Shown here one piece after another: positions 1 to 10,604 of a stretch of 64,000 nucleotides of DNA. The position numbers and the translations under genes are program-made. The stretch is from SAR11 cluster bacterium PRT-SC02 (GTDB lineage: Bacteria > Pseudomonadota > Alphaproteobacteria > Pelagibacterales > Pelagibacteraceae): the NCBI GenBank assembly GCA_001321855.1, contig JPUP01000096.1, forward strand, positions 10,989 through 74,988, given 5' to 3'. The stretch's first letter is position 1. Each line of letters begins with the position of its first letter. The notes beneath the pieces are model-generated. The model had not been told where the DNA came from. It searched no databases and saw nothing but the letters and a program-made list of their open reading frames with translations.

Positions 1-534
1 CAGGCTGATACTTACTCAAGGAGTCTTTCGGGTGGAATGAAGAGAAGGTTGCTTATTGCTAAAGCAATGGTTCATCAACCTCCAATACTAGTATTGGATG
101 AACCTACCGCTGGAGTGGATGTTGAGTTAAGAAATAATTTATGGAAAAATATAAAAGAATTAAATAATCAAGGTGTAACAATCATACTAACAACTCATTA
201 CATTTATGAAGCCCAAGAAATGTGTGATCGAATAGCAATATTAAATAAAGGAAATTTAATAGCTTTGGAGTCCACAGAAAGTCTTTTAAACAAAATTGAA
301 ACTAAAAAAGTTAAATTCAAAGTAGAAAAAATTGAAAAAAATCTTAATTTAAAGCTAGGAAAAGTAAATTTCGAGCTGGGTGAAAACAATTACATTTTTG
401 CATCATTCAACAAAAATACTTTAAGAATCGAAGAATTGTTGGATTATTTAAAACAGAAACAATTAAAAATTCTTGATATTATAACTGATGATGGTGATTT
501 AGAGGACGTTTTTGTTCAACTAATAAAAAGGTAG
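1..534 (+). CDS. ABC transporter ATP-binding protein (multidrug/YadG-like), 5' end outside the window
   Basis: Frame open from base 1 (QADTYSRSLSGGMKRRL) with LSGGM signature, Walker B ILVLDEPTAGVD and H-loop LTTH. Confidence 0.9.
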   Translation, partial: QADTYSRSLSGGMKRRLLIAKAMVHQPPILVLDEPTAGVDVELRNNLWKNIKELNNQGVTIILTTHYIYEAQEMCDRIAILNKGNLIALESTESLLNKIETKKVKFKVEKIEKNLNLKLGKVNFELGENNYIFASFNKNTLRIEELLDYLKQKQLKILDIITDDGDLEDVFVQLIKR

Positions 535-565
535 ATTTAAGCTACAAAAAAAGTATTATGATCTT

Positions 566-1141
566 ATGGAAATAATAAATAATTTAAAAACTGCAAAAAT
601 TTTAAGAAACACTCTTATAGTTTTAATTGGCTCTATATTATTAGCGCTATCTTCAAAGTTTAAAATTCCTTTTTATCCAGTTCCGATGACTATGCAAACA
701 TTTGTTGTTCTGTTGCTTGGTGTTGCTTTTGGCTGGAAAATCGCATTAGGAACTATATGTTTGTATTTATTTGAAGGCGCAATAGGTCTACCAGTTTTTT
801 CTGGCACGCCTGAGAAAGGTATAGGTTTAATATACATGTTTGGACCAACTGCTGGATATCTTATCGGTTTTTTAGTTGCAGCTTATTTAGCCGGAATTTT
901 TAATTACGACGATATATTCAGAAAGAGTATATTTTTCTTTTTCTTAAATTATATTAAATTACTTTTTTGTGTAAGTTTTATTTATTTTTTCGGTATGGTT
1001 TGGCTAGGAACTTTAATAGGTTGGGATAAACCGATTTTTGATCTAGGTGCAAAGCCTTTTTTACTTGCAGAGAGTTTTAAATTGCTAATCTTAAGCCTCA
1101 TCGCAGGAAAAGTTTTTAGGTTAAGAAATCTATCTTGGTGA
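566..1141 (+). CDS. bioY: Biotin transporter BioY (ECF S-component)
   Basis: Motifs PVPMTMQTF, GLPVFS and GPTAGYLIGF; multiple TM helices. Confidence 0.92.
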   Translation: MEIINNLKTAKILRNTLIVLIGSILLALSSKFKIPFYPVPMTMQTFVVLLLGVAFGWKIALGTICLYLFEGAIGLPVFSGTPEKGIGLIYMFGPTAGYLIGFLVAAYLAGIFNYDDIFRKSIFFFFLNYIKLLFCVSFIYFFGMVWLGTLIGWDKPIFDLGAKPFLLAESFKLLILSLIAGKVFRLRNLSW

Positions 1142-1702
1142 TCTTTTTGACAATATTCTTTGGAGAGTCCTTCTGTGCATCTTAAGTCTTCTAGCGGTCT
1201 CAGAAACATTTCTGTTACATAATTCAAAAACTCTATGTATGTGCTCCCATTTTACCCTATCTGCTGACATCGGATTTTCTGGTGGTTTGGCTTTAGACTC
1301 AGGCGAAGCCAAAAGAGCTGCCTCAACGTCATCAGCATCGACTGGTTTGGCGATATAATCTATGGCACCTGCTTTAACAGCGGCAACAGCCGTCGGTAAA
1401 TTCCCGTATCCGGTTAACATAACTATTCTACTATCTTTTTTTATCTTTGAAATTTCTTTAACGACGTCGAGTCCATTGCCATCATCCAATCTTAGGTCGA
1501 TTAGAGCAAAACTAGGGGGTGTATTTTTGACTATTTTTAAGCTCTCAGCAATGGTTTTAGCCTCTTTTACTTGAAAACCCTTCTTTTCCATAGCCCTTGC
1601 AAGCCTACCTCTTAAAGGATCATCGTCGTCAACTATCAACAATGATTTATCCTCAAAATCTTCAATTTTGAACTTATTAACTTTTTGATCTGCTGCTCTC
1701 AT
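1130..1702 (-). CDS. regA: ActR/PrrA/RegA-family redox response regulator
   Basis: Receiver (LLIVDDD, DLRL, LTGYGNLPTAVAAVK) plus conserved C-terminus PPENPMSADRVKWEHIHRVFELCNRNVSETARRLKMHRRTLQRILSKRSPR. Confidence 0.96.
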   Translation of the reverse strand: MRAADQKVNKFKIEDFEDKSLLIVDDDDPLRGRLARAMEKKGFQVKEAKTIAESLKIVKNTPPSFALIDLRLDDGNGLDVVKEISKIKKDSRIVMLTGYGNLPTAVAAVKAGAIDYIAKPVDADDVEAALLASPESKAKPPENPMSADRVKWEHIHRVFELCNRNVSETARRLKMHRRTLQRILSKRSPR

Positions 1703-1711
1703 ATCGAATTT

Positions 1712-1739
1712 ATATGGGGGCTTTTAGCAGAAATTCAAG
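1712..1739 (-). promoter_or_regulatory. Putative RpoH (sigma32) promoter of regA
   Basis: Minus strand reads CTTGAA-N14-CCCCATAT and ends 9 nt before the regA ATG; matches the sigma32 consensus. Confidence 0.65.
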
Positions 1740-1848
1740 GGAATTTTTTACTTTACATAAGGCAAAAAAACTTTAAATAACAAAATATAATGGTTTTTTA
1801 TGAATTTTTTTGGAAACCATTTTGTGTAAATAACGGGGGACACATGAG

Positions 1849-3027
1849 ATGCAAAAATTTAGTAACGTTAACGAATTAGTTAACAAGCTTAAACCAGAAA
1901 ATCCGGTTTACTGTATACGACCGGAATCAATAAAGAAGGCAGTAGATTTCTTTAAAAGTAATTTTCCAGGAAAAGTTCTTTATGCCGTAAAAACAAATCC
2001 TAATAAAGTGGTACTAAAACATATTATAAAAAATGGTGTGGACTGTTTCGATGTGGCTTCATTGAATGAGATTAAATTAATTAGAAAGATCAGCGCTAAA
2101 GTCAGGCTTTATTTTATGCATACTGTTAAATCTCGAGAGGACATAGAGAAAGCTTATTTTAATTACAATATTAAGGATTTTGCATTAGATACAAAGGAAG
2201 AGCTTCAAAAGATACTTGAGGTGACAAATAATGCTAAAGATTTAAATTTTTTTGTTAGGGTTGCTATTTCAAATGAGCATGCAGAAATAGATCTCTCAAG
2301 AAAATTTGGTGCTTCGCCGAGTGAAGCTTTAGGTTTAATGAGATTAAGCAAACATCATGGAAAAAACGTTGGAATAAGTTTTCATGTTGGTTCCCAATGT
2401 ATGCATAAGATATCTTTCTCAAATGGAATAAAAGAAATAGGAAATATAATTAAAAAAACTAAAATTGTTCCAGATGTAATTAATATTGGCGGTGGTTTTC
2501 CTTCAATTTACCCTGATCTAAAGCCTGAACCAATCGAAAATTATATGATAGAGATAAAAAAATCTCTAAAAAATTTAAACCTAAACAAATTACCCGAAAT
2601 TATTTGTGAACCAGGCCGAGCAATCGTTGCGGAAAGTGGTTCTACAATTGTAAAAGTAATTTTAAGAAAGAAAAACAAACTTTTTATAAATGATGGTACG
2701 TATGGATCTCTATTTGACGCTGGTGTCCCAAATTTTGTTTTACCTTCAAGAATGATTTCCGCGGGAAGATCTCAATCAAAAAAAATAACTGCTTTTGATT
2801 TTTATGGTCCAACATGTGACAGTCTAGATTATATGAAGGGGCCATTTATTTTGCCCAATAATATTAAAGAGGGGGATTATATTGAGTTAGGCCAATTAGG
2901 AGCCTACTCTCTTACATTTCGAACTAAGTTTAATGGTTTTTTTTCTGACCAGATTGTTGAACTTAATGACAAACCAATAATGTCACTGTATGATCAGTCA
3001 AGTAAAGTGAATTATTTGGTTGCATAA
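1849..3027 (+). CDS. Fold-type III PLP basic amino acid decarboxylase (ornithine/arginine/lysine; substrate uncertain)
   Basis: YAVKTN (PLP lysine), FDVAS, SFHVGSQ, IGGGFP, EPGR, GPTCDSLD; SD-like GGGGGA 8 nt upstream. Confidence 0.9.
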   Translation: MQKFSNVNELVNKLKPENPVYCIRPESIKKAVDFFKSNFPGKVLYAVKTNPNKVVLKHIIKNGVDCFDVASLNEIKLIRKISAKVRLYFMHTVKSREDIEKAYFNYNIKDFALDTKEELQKILEVTNNAKDLNFFVRVAISNEHAEIDLSRKFGASPSEALGLMRLSKHHGKNVGISFHVGSQCMHKISFSNGIKEIGNIIKKTKIVPDVINIGGGFPSIYPDLKPEPIENYMIEIKKSLKNLNLNKLPEIICEPGRAIVAESGSTIVKVILRKKNKLFINDGTYGSLFDAGVPNFVLPSRMISAGRSQSKKITAFDFYGPTCDSLDYMKGPFILPNNIKEGDYIELGQLGAYSLTFRTKFNGFFSDQIVELNDKPIMSLYDQSSKVNYLVA

Positions 3028-4073
3028 TGAATAAAAAAAATAGTCCTAAAATAGGACATAATAAAAAAAATTTACTACAGAATAAAGTTGAACATATAGA
3101 CATAACTTCATTTGATGCTAGAAAAATTATTGACTCTATGGGTAAGATGTCTTTTACCTCTCGAGATACAGCTAAAGCAGCGAAAATTTACAATGAAATG
3201 TTGAACGACAAAGACTGTTCTATATTCTTAACACTTGCTGGTTCAACTTCTGCTGCCGGTTGTATGAATTTATACTCAGACTTGATCAAATATAATATGG
3301 TTGATGCAATTGTTGCAACAGGGGCATCAATTATTGATATGGATTTCTTTGAGGCTCTTGGTTTTAAACATTATCAAGGATCACAATACGAAGATGATAC
3401 TTTGCTGAGGGATCATTACATTGATCGAATTTATGATACATATATAGATGAAGAGCAATTACAGGCATGTGATAAAAAAATATGTGAAATTGCTGACACG
3501 CTTAAGCCTAAAGCATACACATCTAGAGAGTTTATTAGAGAGCTAGGAAAATATCTTAAGAAAAATTCGATTAAAAAAAACTCATTAATTGAGCTAGCTT
3601 ATGATAATGAGGTCCCAATTTTCTGCCCTGCCTTCACAGATAGTTCAGCTGGATTTGGTTTAGTCATGCACCAAGAAAAAAATCCAAAAAGCCACTTAAC
3701 TATTGACTCAATAAAAGAATTTAGAGAATTAACGGAAATAAAACTCAAATCTAAACAATCTGGATTATTAATGATAGGAGGTGGTGTTCCAAAAAATTTT
3801 ATTCAAGATACAGTTGTATGTGCAGAATTACTTGGGAAAAAAGTAGATATGCATAAATATGCTATTCAAATTACTGTTGCGGACACCCGAGATGGCGCGT
3901 GTAGTAGTTCAACTTTAAAAGAGGCAAGCTCATGGGGGAAAGTAGATATATCTAAAGAGCAAATGGTATTTGCCGAAGCCACTAGTGTACTACCTTTGAT
4001 TGCTAGTGACGCATATCATAGAAAAAATTGGAAAAATAGGCAAAGAAGAAATTTTCAAAAGTTATTTAAATAA
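3027..4073 (+). CDS. Deoxyhypusine synthase-like protein (probable homospermidine/aminobutyl-agmatine synthase)
   Basis: IDRIYDTY, PAFTDSSAG, IGGGVPKNF, DGACSSSTLKEASSWGK (catalytic Lys); TAATG overlap with upstream gene. Confidence 0.9.
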   Translation: MNKKNSPKIGHNKKNLLQNKVEHIDITSFDARKIIDSMGKMSFTSRDTAKAAKIYNEMLNDKDCSIFLTLAGSTSAAGCMNLYSDLIKYNMVDAIVATGASIIDMDFFEALGFKHYQGSQYEDDTLLRDHYIDRIYDTYIDEEQLQACDKKICEIADTLKPKAYTSREFIRELGKYLKKNSIKKNSLIELAYDNEVPIFCPAFTDSSAGFGLVMHQEKNPKSHLTIDSIKEFRELTEIKLKSKQSGLLMIGGGVPKNFIQDTVVCAELLGKKVDMHKYAIQITVADTRDGACSSSTLKEASSWGKVDISKEQMVFAEATSVLPLIASDAYHRKNWKNRQRRNFQKLFK

Positions 4074-4074
4074 T

Positions 4075-4950
4075 ATGACTAAAACTAAAATTGCTCTTGT
4101 TCAGATGAAAATGACATCTGATTCAAAAAAAAATAAGTATATCGCATTAAAAAATATTAAAAAAGCAGTCAAGAAAGGTGCAAAAATTATTTGTTTACCG
4201 GAACTATTCACTTTAAGATATTTTTGCCAAGTGGAGAAGCATTCAAATTTTAATTTGGCAGAAAAAATACCAGGCCCTACAACAGAGATGTTTTCTTCAA
4301 TTGCTAAAAGCTTTAGAATAATTTTAATTCTCCCTGTATTTGAAAAAAAAGCCTCAGGTTTCTATCACAACACATGTGTTGTAATTAATGAAAAAGGCCA
4401 AATTATAGGTAAATATAGAAAGATGCATGTGCCTGACGATCCTCAATTCTATGAAAAATTTTACTTCACTCCTGGTGATCTTGGTTTCAAATCTTTTAAA
4501 ACATCAAGTGGTAATTTAGGAATACTTATATGTTGGGATCAGTGGTTTCCAGAAGCTGCAAGATTAACAGTTCTTAAAGGGGCAGAAATATTATTTTATC
4601 CAACTGCTATAGGTTGGCATCCAAGAGAGAAAAAAAAATTTGGCAAATCTCAGTTGGAGTCTTGGCTTTCAGTTCAAAGATCACATGCGATAGCCAATGG
4701 TGTGTTTGTAGTGGCAGTTAATAGAGTGGGTACAGAGAAACAAGGGAATAAAAAACTCGAATTTTGGGGTAACAGCGTTGTATTTGATCCAAGTGGAAAT
4801 ATAATAAAAAAGGCAAGTCAAAAAGAGCAAATAATCATTTGTGAAATTGATTTAAAAAAAGTGGAAATGTCTAGGAGACATTGGCCTTTTTTTAGGGATA
4901 GAAGAATTGATCATTATAAAGGTTTGTTAAAAAATCCTAAAGAGGCCTAG
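4075..4950 (+). CDS. aguB: N-carbamoylputrescine amidase (nitrilase superfamily)
   Basis: E-K-C triad in CLPELF, YRKMHVPDDPQFYEKFYFTPGD and ICWDQWFPEAAR; YPTAIGW; start taken at ATG 4075, just after the DHS stop. Confidence 0.9.
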   Translation: MTKTKIALVQMKMTSDSKKNKYIALKNIKKAVKKGAKIICLPELFTLRYFCQVEKHSNFNLAEKIPGPTTEMFSSIAKSFRIILILPVFEKKASGFYHNTCVVINEKGQIIGKYRKMHVPDDPQFYEKFYFTPGDLGFKSFKTSSGNLGILICWDQWFPEAARLTVLKGAEILFYPTAIGWHPREKKKFGKSQLESWLSVQRSHAIANGVFVVAVNRVGTEKQGNKKLEFWGNSVVFDPSGNIIKKASQKEQIIICEIDLKKVEMSRRHWPFFRDRRIDHYKGLLKNPKEA

Positions 4951-4953
4951 TCA

Positions 4954-5991
4954 ATGTCTAAACATTTATATCGTATGCCAGCGGAGTGGGAAAAACAAAA
5001 ATCTACAATCGTAGCTTGGCCTCATAACAAGAATGATTGGCCAAACAAGTTTTTTTCTATACCTCACTTATTCGCAGAAATAATTTCTAAAATCTCTAAA
5101 TATCAAAAAGTAAATATACTAATACAAAGAAAAAGATCAATTGTTGAAGTTGCTAATTTATTAAATAAGTTTAACTCAAAAAATAGAAATATCAATTATT
5201 TAGTTTGTAAAACTAATAGATCCTGGACACGAGACTCTGTCCCGACGATTATCAAATATAAAAATAAAAAAAAAATATTTTGTAATTGGAAATTTAATGC
5301 TTGGGCAAAATATAAAAATTTTAAACAAGATGAAAAAATCTGTCAAAATATTAAAAAATATATTAACTATGATATTATTAAGCCAGTTTTTAAAAAAAAA
5401 AGGATTGTTCTTGAGGGTGGATCGATAGACGTTAATGGAGATGGGCTCCTTTTAACTTCGAAAGAATGTCTTCTTAGTAAAGTACAACAAAGAAATCCTG
5501 GATTAAACAGGAGAGATTATGAATTCATTTTTAATAAATATCTAGGTGTTAAAAAAGTTATTTGGCTTAATAAAGGTATTGTTGGGGACGATACTCACGG
5601 TCATATAGATGATATAGCAAGATTTGTTAGCAAAAATAGAATTTTTTTAGCTTATGAAAATAAAAAAAAAGACAAAAACTTTAAAAATTTAAATGAAAAC
5701 TATAATTTGTTGAAAAAATTTAATTTTGAAAATGTTAAATTTAAAATAACAAAAATTCCAATGCCTAAACCAATATTTATAGATAAAATAAGAGTTCCGG
5801 CAACATATCTCAATTTTTATATTGCAAATAAAATAGTTTTACTTCCAATCTTTGATGATCCCAATGATAAAATTGTAATTAATATTTTTAGAAGGGAATT
5901 TAAAAATCGTAAAATTATACCTATCAATTGTAGAAATTTGATTTGGGGTTTTGGGGCAATTCACTGTTTAACTCAACAGGAGCCTGCTTAA
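4954..5991 (+). CDS. aguA: Agmatine deiminase
   Basis: RMPAEWE, WTRD, LEGGSIDVNG, DDTHGHIDD, GAIHCLTQQEP. Confidence 0.92.
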   Translation: MSKHLYRMPAEWEKQKSTIVAWPHNKNDWPNKFFSIPHLFAEIISKISKYQKVNILIQRKRSIVEVANLLNKFNSKNRNINYLVCKTNRSWTRDSVPTIIKYKNKKKIFCNWKFNAWAKYKNFKQDEKICQNIKKYINYDIIKPVFKKKRIVLEGGSIDVNGDGLLLTSKECLLSKVQQRNPGLNRRDYEFIFNKYLGVKKVIWLNKGIVGDDTHGHIDDIARFVSKNRIFLAYENKKKDKNFKNLNENYNLLKKFNFENVKFKITKIPMPKPIFIDKIRVPATYLNFYIANKIVLLPIFDDPNDKIVINIFRREFKNRKIIPINCRNLIWGFGAIHCLTQQEPA

Positions 5992-5994
5992 TTT

Positions 5995-7272
5995 TTAAAT
6001 TAAGCTCGATATATCCCATGAAATTGAGACGCAAGCTCCTTTTAATTTATTTCCATTAATGAATTTTAAGTCTGCTCCTTTACGCTCTAATAACGTTTTT
6101 CCAAGAAATGTGCCCAAACCAGTGCCAGTTTTAGAGCTAATTTCTACTGATTTAGATTTAATATAAGGTTCTCCTATAATTTTAATTATATCATCAGGAA
6201 ATCCAGGTCCATCATCTTCTATAAAAATTCTCAATTTTTTTTGATCACTTTTAATAGTGATAAATATATTTTTTTTTGCAAATTTTACTGCATTACCAAT
6301 GAAATTTCTTAATCCATAAATAATTTCTGGAGATCTCTTTATTTCTATCTTGTTGTTGTCCTCTGAATTAAAAAGAGTAATTGTTTTATCTGATGAGATT
6401 TGAAAGTTTTCAATTATTTCATTTAATAAACTTTCAATAGTTGATGTACTAAAAAATTTGTCTTCAATTATTTCCTTTCTAGATATTTGTCTTAATATTT
6501 CACTGCATCTTTTTGTCTGGCTTACCAAAAGATCTAAATCATTTTTGTATTCTGAATTTTCACCCATTTCTTTTTTTAGTTCAGTAGCAACAACTGATAT
6601 GGTAGCTAGAGGTGTTCCAAGTGAATGAGCTGCTGCTGCCTGTCCACCCAAAGACTCTAATTCATATTCTTTGGCAATTACCTGTTGGAGTTTAGTACCA
6701 GCGTCGGTTCTTTTTTTTGTCTCACCAGCAAAACGGATGCCAAAATAACTTAAAAAAATCAAGCCTATTAATATTGCTGTAAAAAAACCAATTAAATAAA
6801 ATTTTGGAAATGTTAATCCATATTCATGTAACCCTGGAAGTGGATAGTGGAAGATTGTTAACAGAAATAGAAACGACATTGAGATAACACCTAATATAAA
6901 AGTTGTGCCCATACTTAAAAAGGTAGAGGAAACAATTGCTGGTACGATTAACAATATTGAAAAAGGATTAGATATACCTCCTGTAAAGTAAAGTAAAAGA
7001 GATAATTGTAATAAGTCATAAATCAAAAATAAACTCGCGTAGAAATCTTTAATTTGATTTCCTTTAATTTTAAATTGCAAATAGATATTTGTAGTAAATC
7101 CGACAAGTATAATTGCTGTACATATAAATATTGGGAATTCCAATTTGAGATAAAAATATACAAAGTTAATAGCAAAAAACTGCCCAATTATTGCAATCCA
7201 TCTTAATATGGTGAGGGTTTTTTTATCCAGATTTAGATTTTCTTCTAATCTAAAAATAGTTGAAAGCTTCAT
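5995..7272 (-). CDS. regB: ActS/PrrB/RegB-family sensor histidine kinase
   Basis: LRWIAI, quinone-binding TGGISNPF, H-box AAAAHSLGTPL, redox Cys QTKRC, DDGPGF, GLG. Confidence 0.93.
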   Translation of the reverse strand: MKLSTIFRLEENLNLDKKTLTILRWIAIIGQFFAINFVYFYLKLEFPIFICTAIILVGFTTNIYLQFKIKGNQIKDFYASLFLIYDLLQLSLLLYFTGGISNPFSILLIVPAIVSSTFLSMGTTFILGVISMSFLFLLTIFHYPLPGLHEYGLTFPKFYLIGFFTAILIGLIFLSYFGIRFAGETKKRTDAGTKLQQVIAKEYELESLGGQAAAAHSLGTPLATISVVATELKKEMGENSEYKNDLDLLVSQTKRCSEILRQISRKEIIEDKFFSTSTIESLLNEIIENFQISSDKTITLFNSEDNNKIEIKRSPEIIYGLRNFIGNAVKFAKKNIFITIKSDQKKLRIFIEDDGPGFPDDIIKIIGEPYIKSKSVEISSKTGTGLGTFLGKTLLERKGADLKFINGNKLKGACVSISWDISSLI

Positions 7273-7280
7273 TTAAAATT

Positions 7281-9353
<2,073 letters not shown>

Positions 9354-9487
9354 TTATCTTTTTAAGATCATGGAATATAACATTTTTTTTGTTTAATATG
9401 AAATAAGGGTATATCTTTTGTTTAAATTAGTGAGGAATATCAATGTTTTTAGACTAAAATTATAAAAAAATATTAAATTCACATAAT

Positions 9488-10603
9488 TTAAATTTTCATG
9501 GGCATAATTACATAAAAACTGTCGTTATCAGATTTATCTTCGATTAAAACAGGAGAGTTGGAGTCTTTTAAATTCATTTGCAAGTTTTTATCTTCTACTT
9601 CGGAAGCTATATCCAACAAATATTTAGCATTAAAACTTATAGCCATTTCTTTGCCGTTATAATTTGCTTTTATTTTTTCGTTACCCTCACCAGAATTAGC
9701 ACTTATTACTGATAAACGAAGATGATCATTTTTTATCTCTAATTTAACGCCTTCTTTTTTATCAATAGATACAGCAATAACTCTCTCGATTGAGCTTATG
9801 AATTCTTTAGTTGGTACGACTAAAATTTGTTTATTTTCGTTTGGAATAACTTTTTTATAATCAGGAAACTTTCCGTCAATGATCTTGGAAACTAATTTTG
9901 TTTTTCCTATTTTAAATAGCACTTTTGTTTCTGAAGATTTTATTAAGATATCTGAATTGATTTCAGAAATTAAAGTAATAAGTTGATATATTGTTTTTCT
10001 TGGTAAGATGACTGCGTTAAATCCTTCATTCTTGCCAATTTCTAAACTACTTGAAGAAAGTCTATGACTGTCAGTTGAAACCCCAGCCAAAAAGGTCTTC
10101 GTGTCTGACTCCATAGTATGCAAAAAAACACCATTTAAATAATGCCTTGTCTCATCAGAGGACATAGATATTTTTGTTTTATTAAGAAGAGATAAGAACT
10201 TATTTTTATTTAATTGAATTTCATCTTTATCAAATTTGTCGGAAAAAGTTGGAAAATTATCAGTTGGTAAACAAAGCAAGTTAAAGTCTGAGTTATCAGA
10301 TTTAATATTAAGTTTATTTTGACTTGTCAAATCAAAGTAAATGCTTGTGTTTGAAGAAATTTTTCTAAGAATATCATAAAGAACTGCAGCTGAGGTAGTT
10401 GTGCTCCCGTCCTTCTCAATTTTCAAATCCTCTATTTCATCATAAAAGACCAAATCTAAATCAGTAGCTACTAAATTTAATTTTCTTTCTTTTGCAATGA
10501 TTAATACATTTGATAAAATAGGTAGTGTATTTTTTTTTTCTACTACACCTTGTATATAAGCTAACGATTTGAGCATCAAATCTCTTTTTATCGAAAACTT
10601 CAT
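9488..10603 (-). CDS. dnaN: DNA polymerase III beta sliding clamp
   Basis: NTLPILSN, ATDLD, DETRHYLNG, TDSHRLS, GKFPDY, VIMPMKI. Confidence 0.96.
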   Translation of the reverse strand: MKFSIKRDLMLKSLAYIQGVVEKKNTLPILSNVLIIAKERKLNLVATDLDLVFYDEIEDLKIEKDGSTTTSAAVLYDILRKISSNTSIYFDLTSQNKLNIKSDNSDFNLLCLPTDNFPTFSDKFDKDEIQLNKNKFLSLLNKTKISMSSDETRHYLNGVFLHTMESDTKTFLAGVSTDSHRLSSSSLEIGKNEGFNAVILPRKTIYQLITLISEINSDILIKSSETKVLFKIGKTKLVSKIIDGKFPDYKKVIPNENKQILVVPTKEFISSIERVIAVSIDKKEGVKLEIKNDHLRLSVISANSGEGNEKIKANYNGKEMAISFNAKYLLDIASEVEDKNLQMNLKDSNSPVLIEDKSDNDSFYVIMPMKI

Positions 10604-10604
10604 T

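Noticed and set aside
1844-1879. Out-of-frame mini-ORF (MRCKNLVTLTN) overlapping the decarboxylase start as a regulatory uORF
   Set aside because: The SD is only 3 nt from this ATG but 8 nt from the main ATG at 1849; no other support
3027-4073. Hypusination of EF-P/eIF5A by the DHS-like protein
   Set aside because: No efp nearby, and the neighbouring genes point to small-molecule polyamine synthesis
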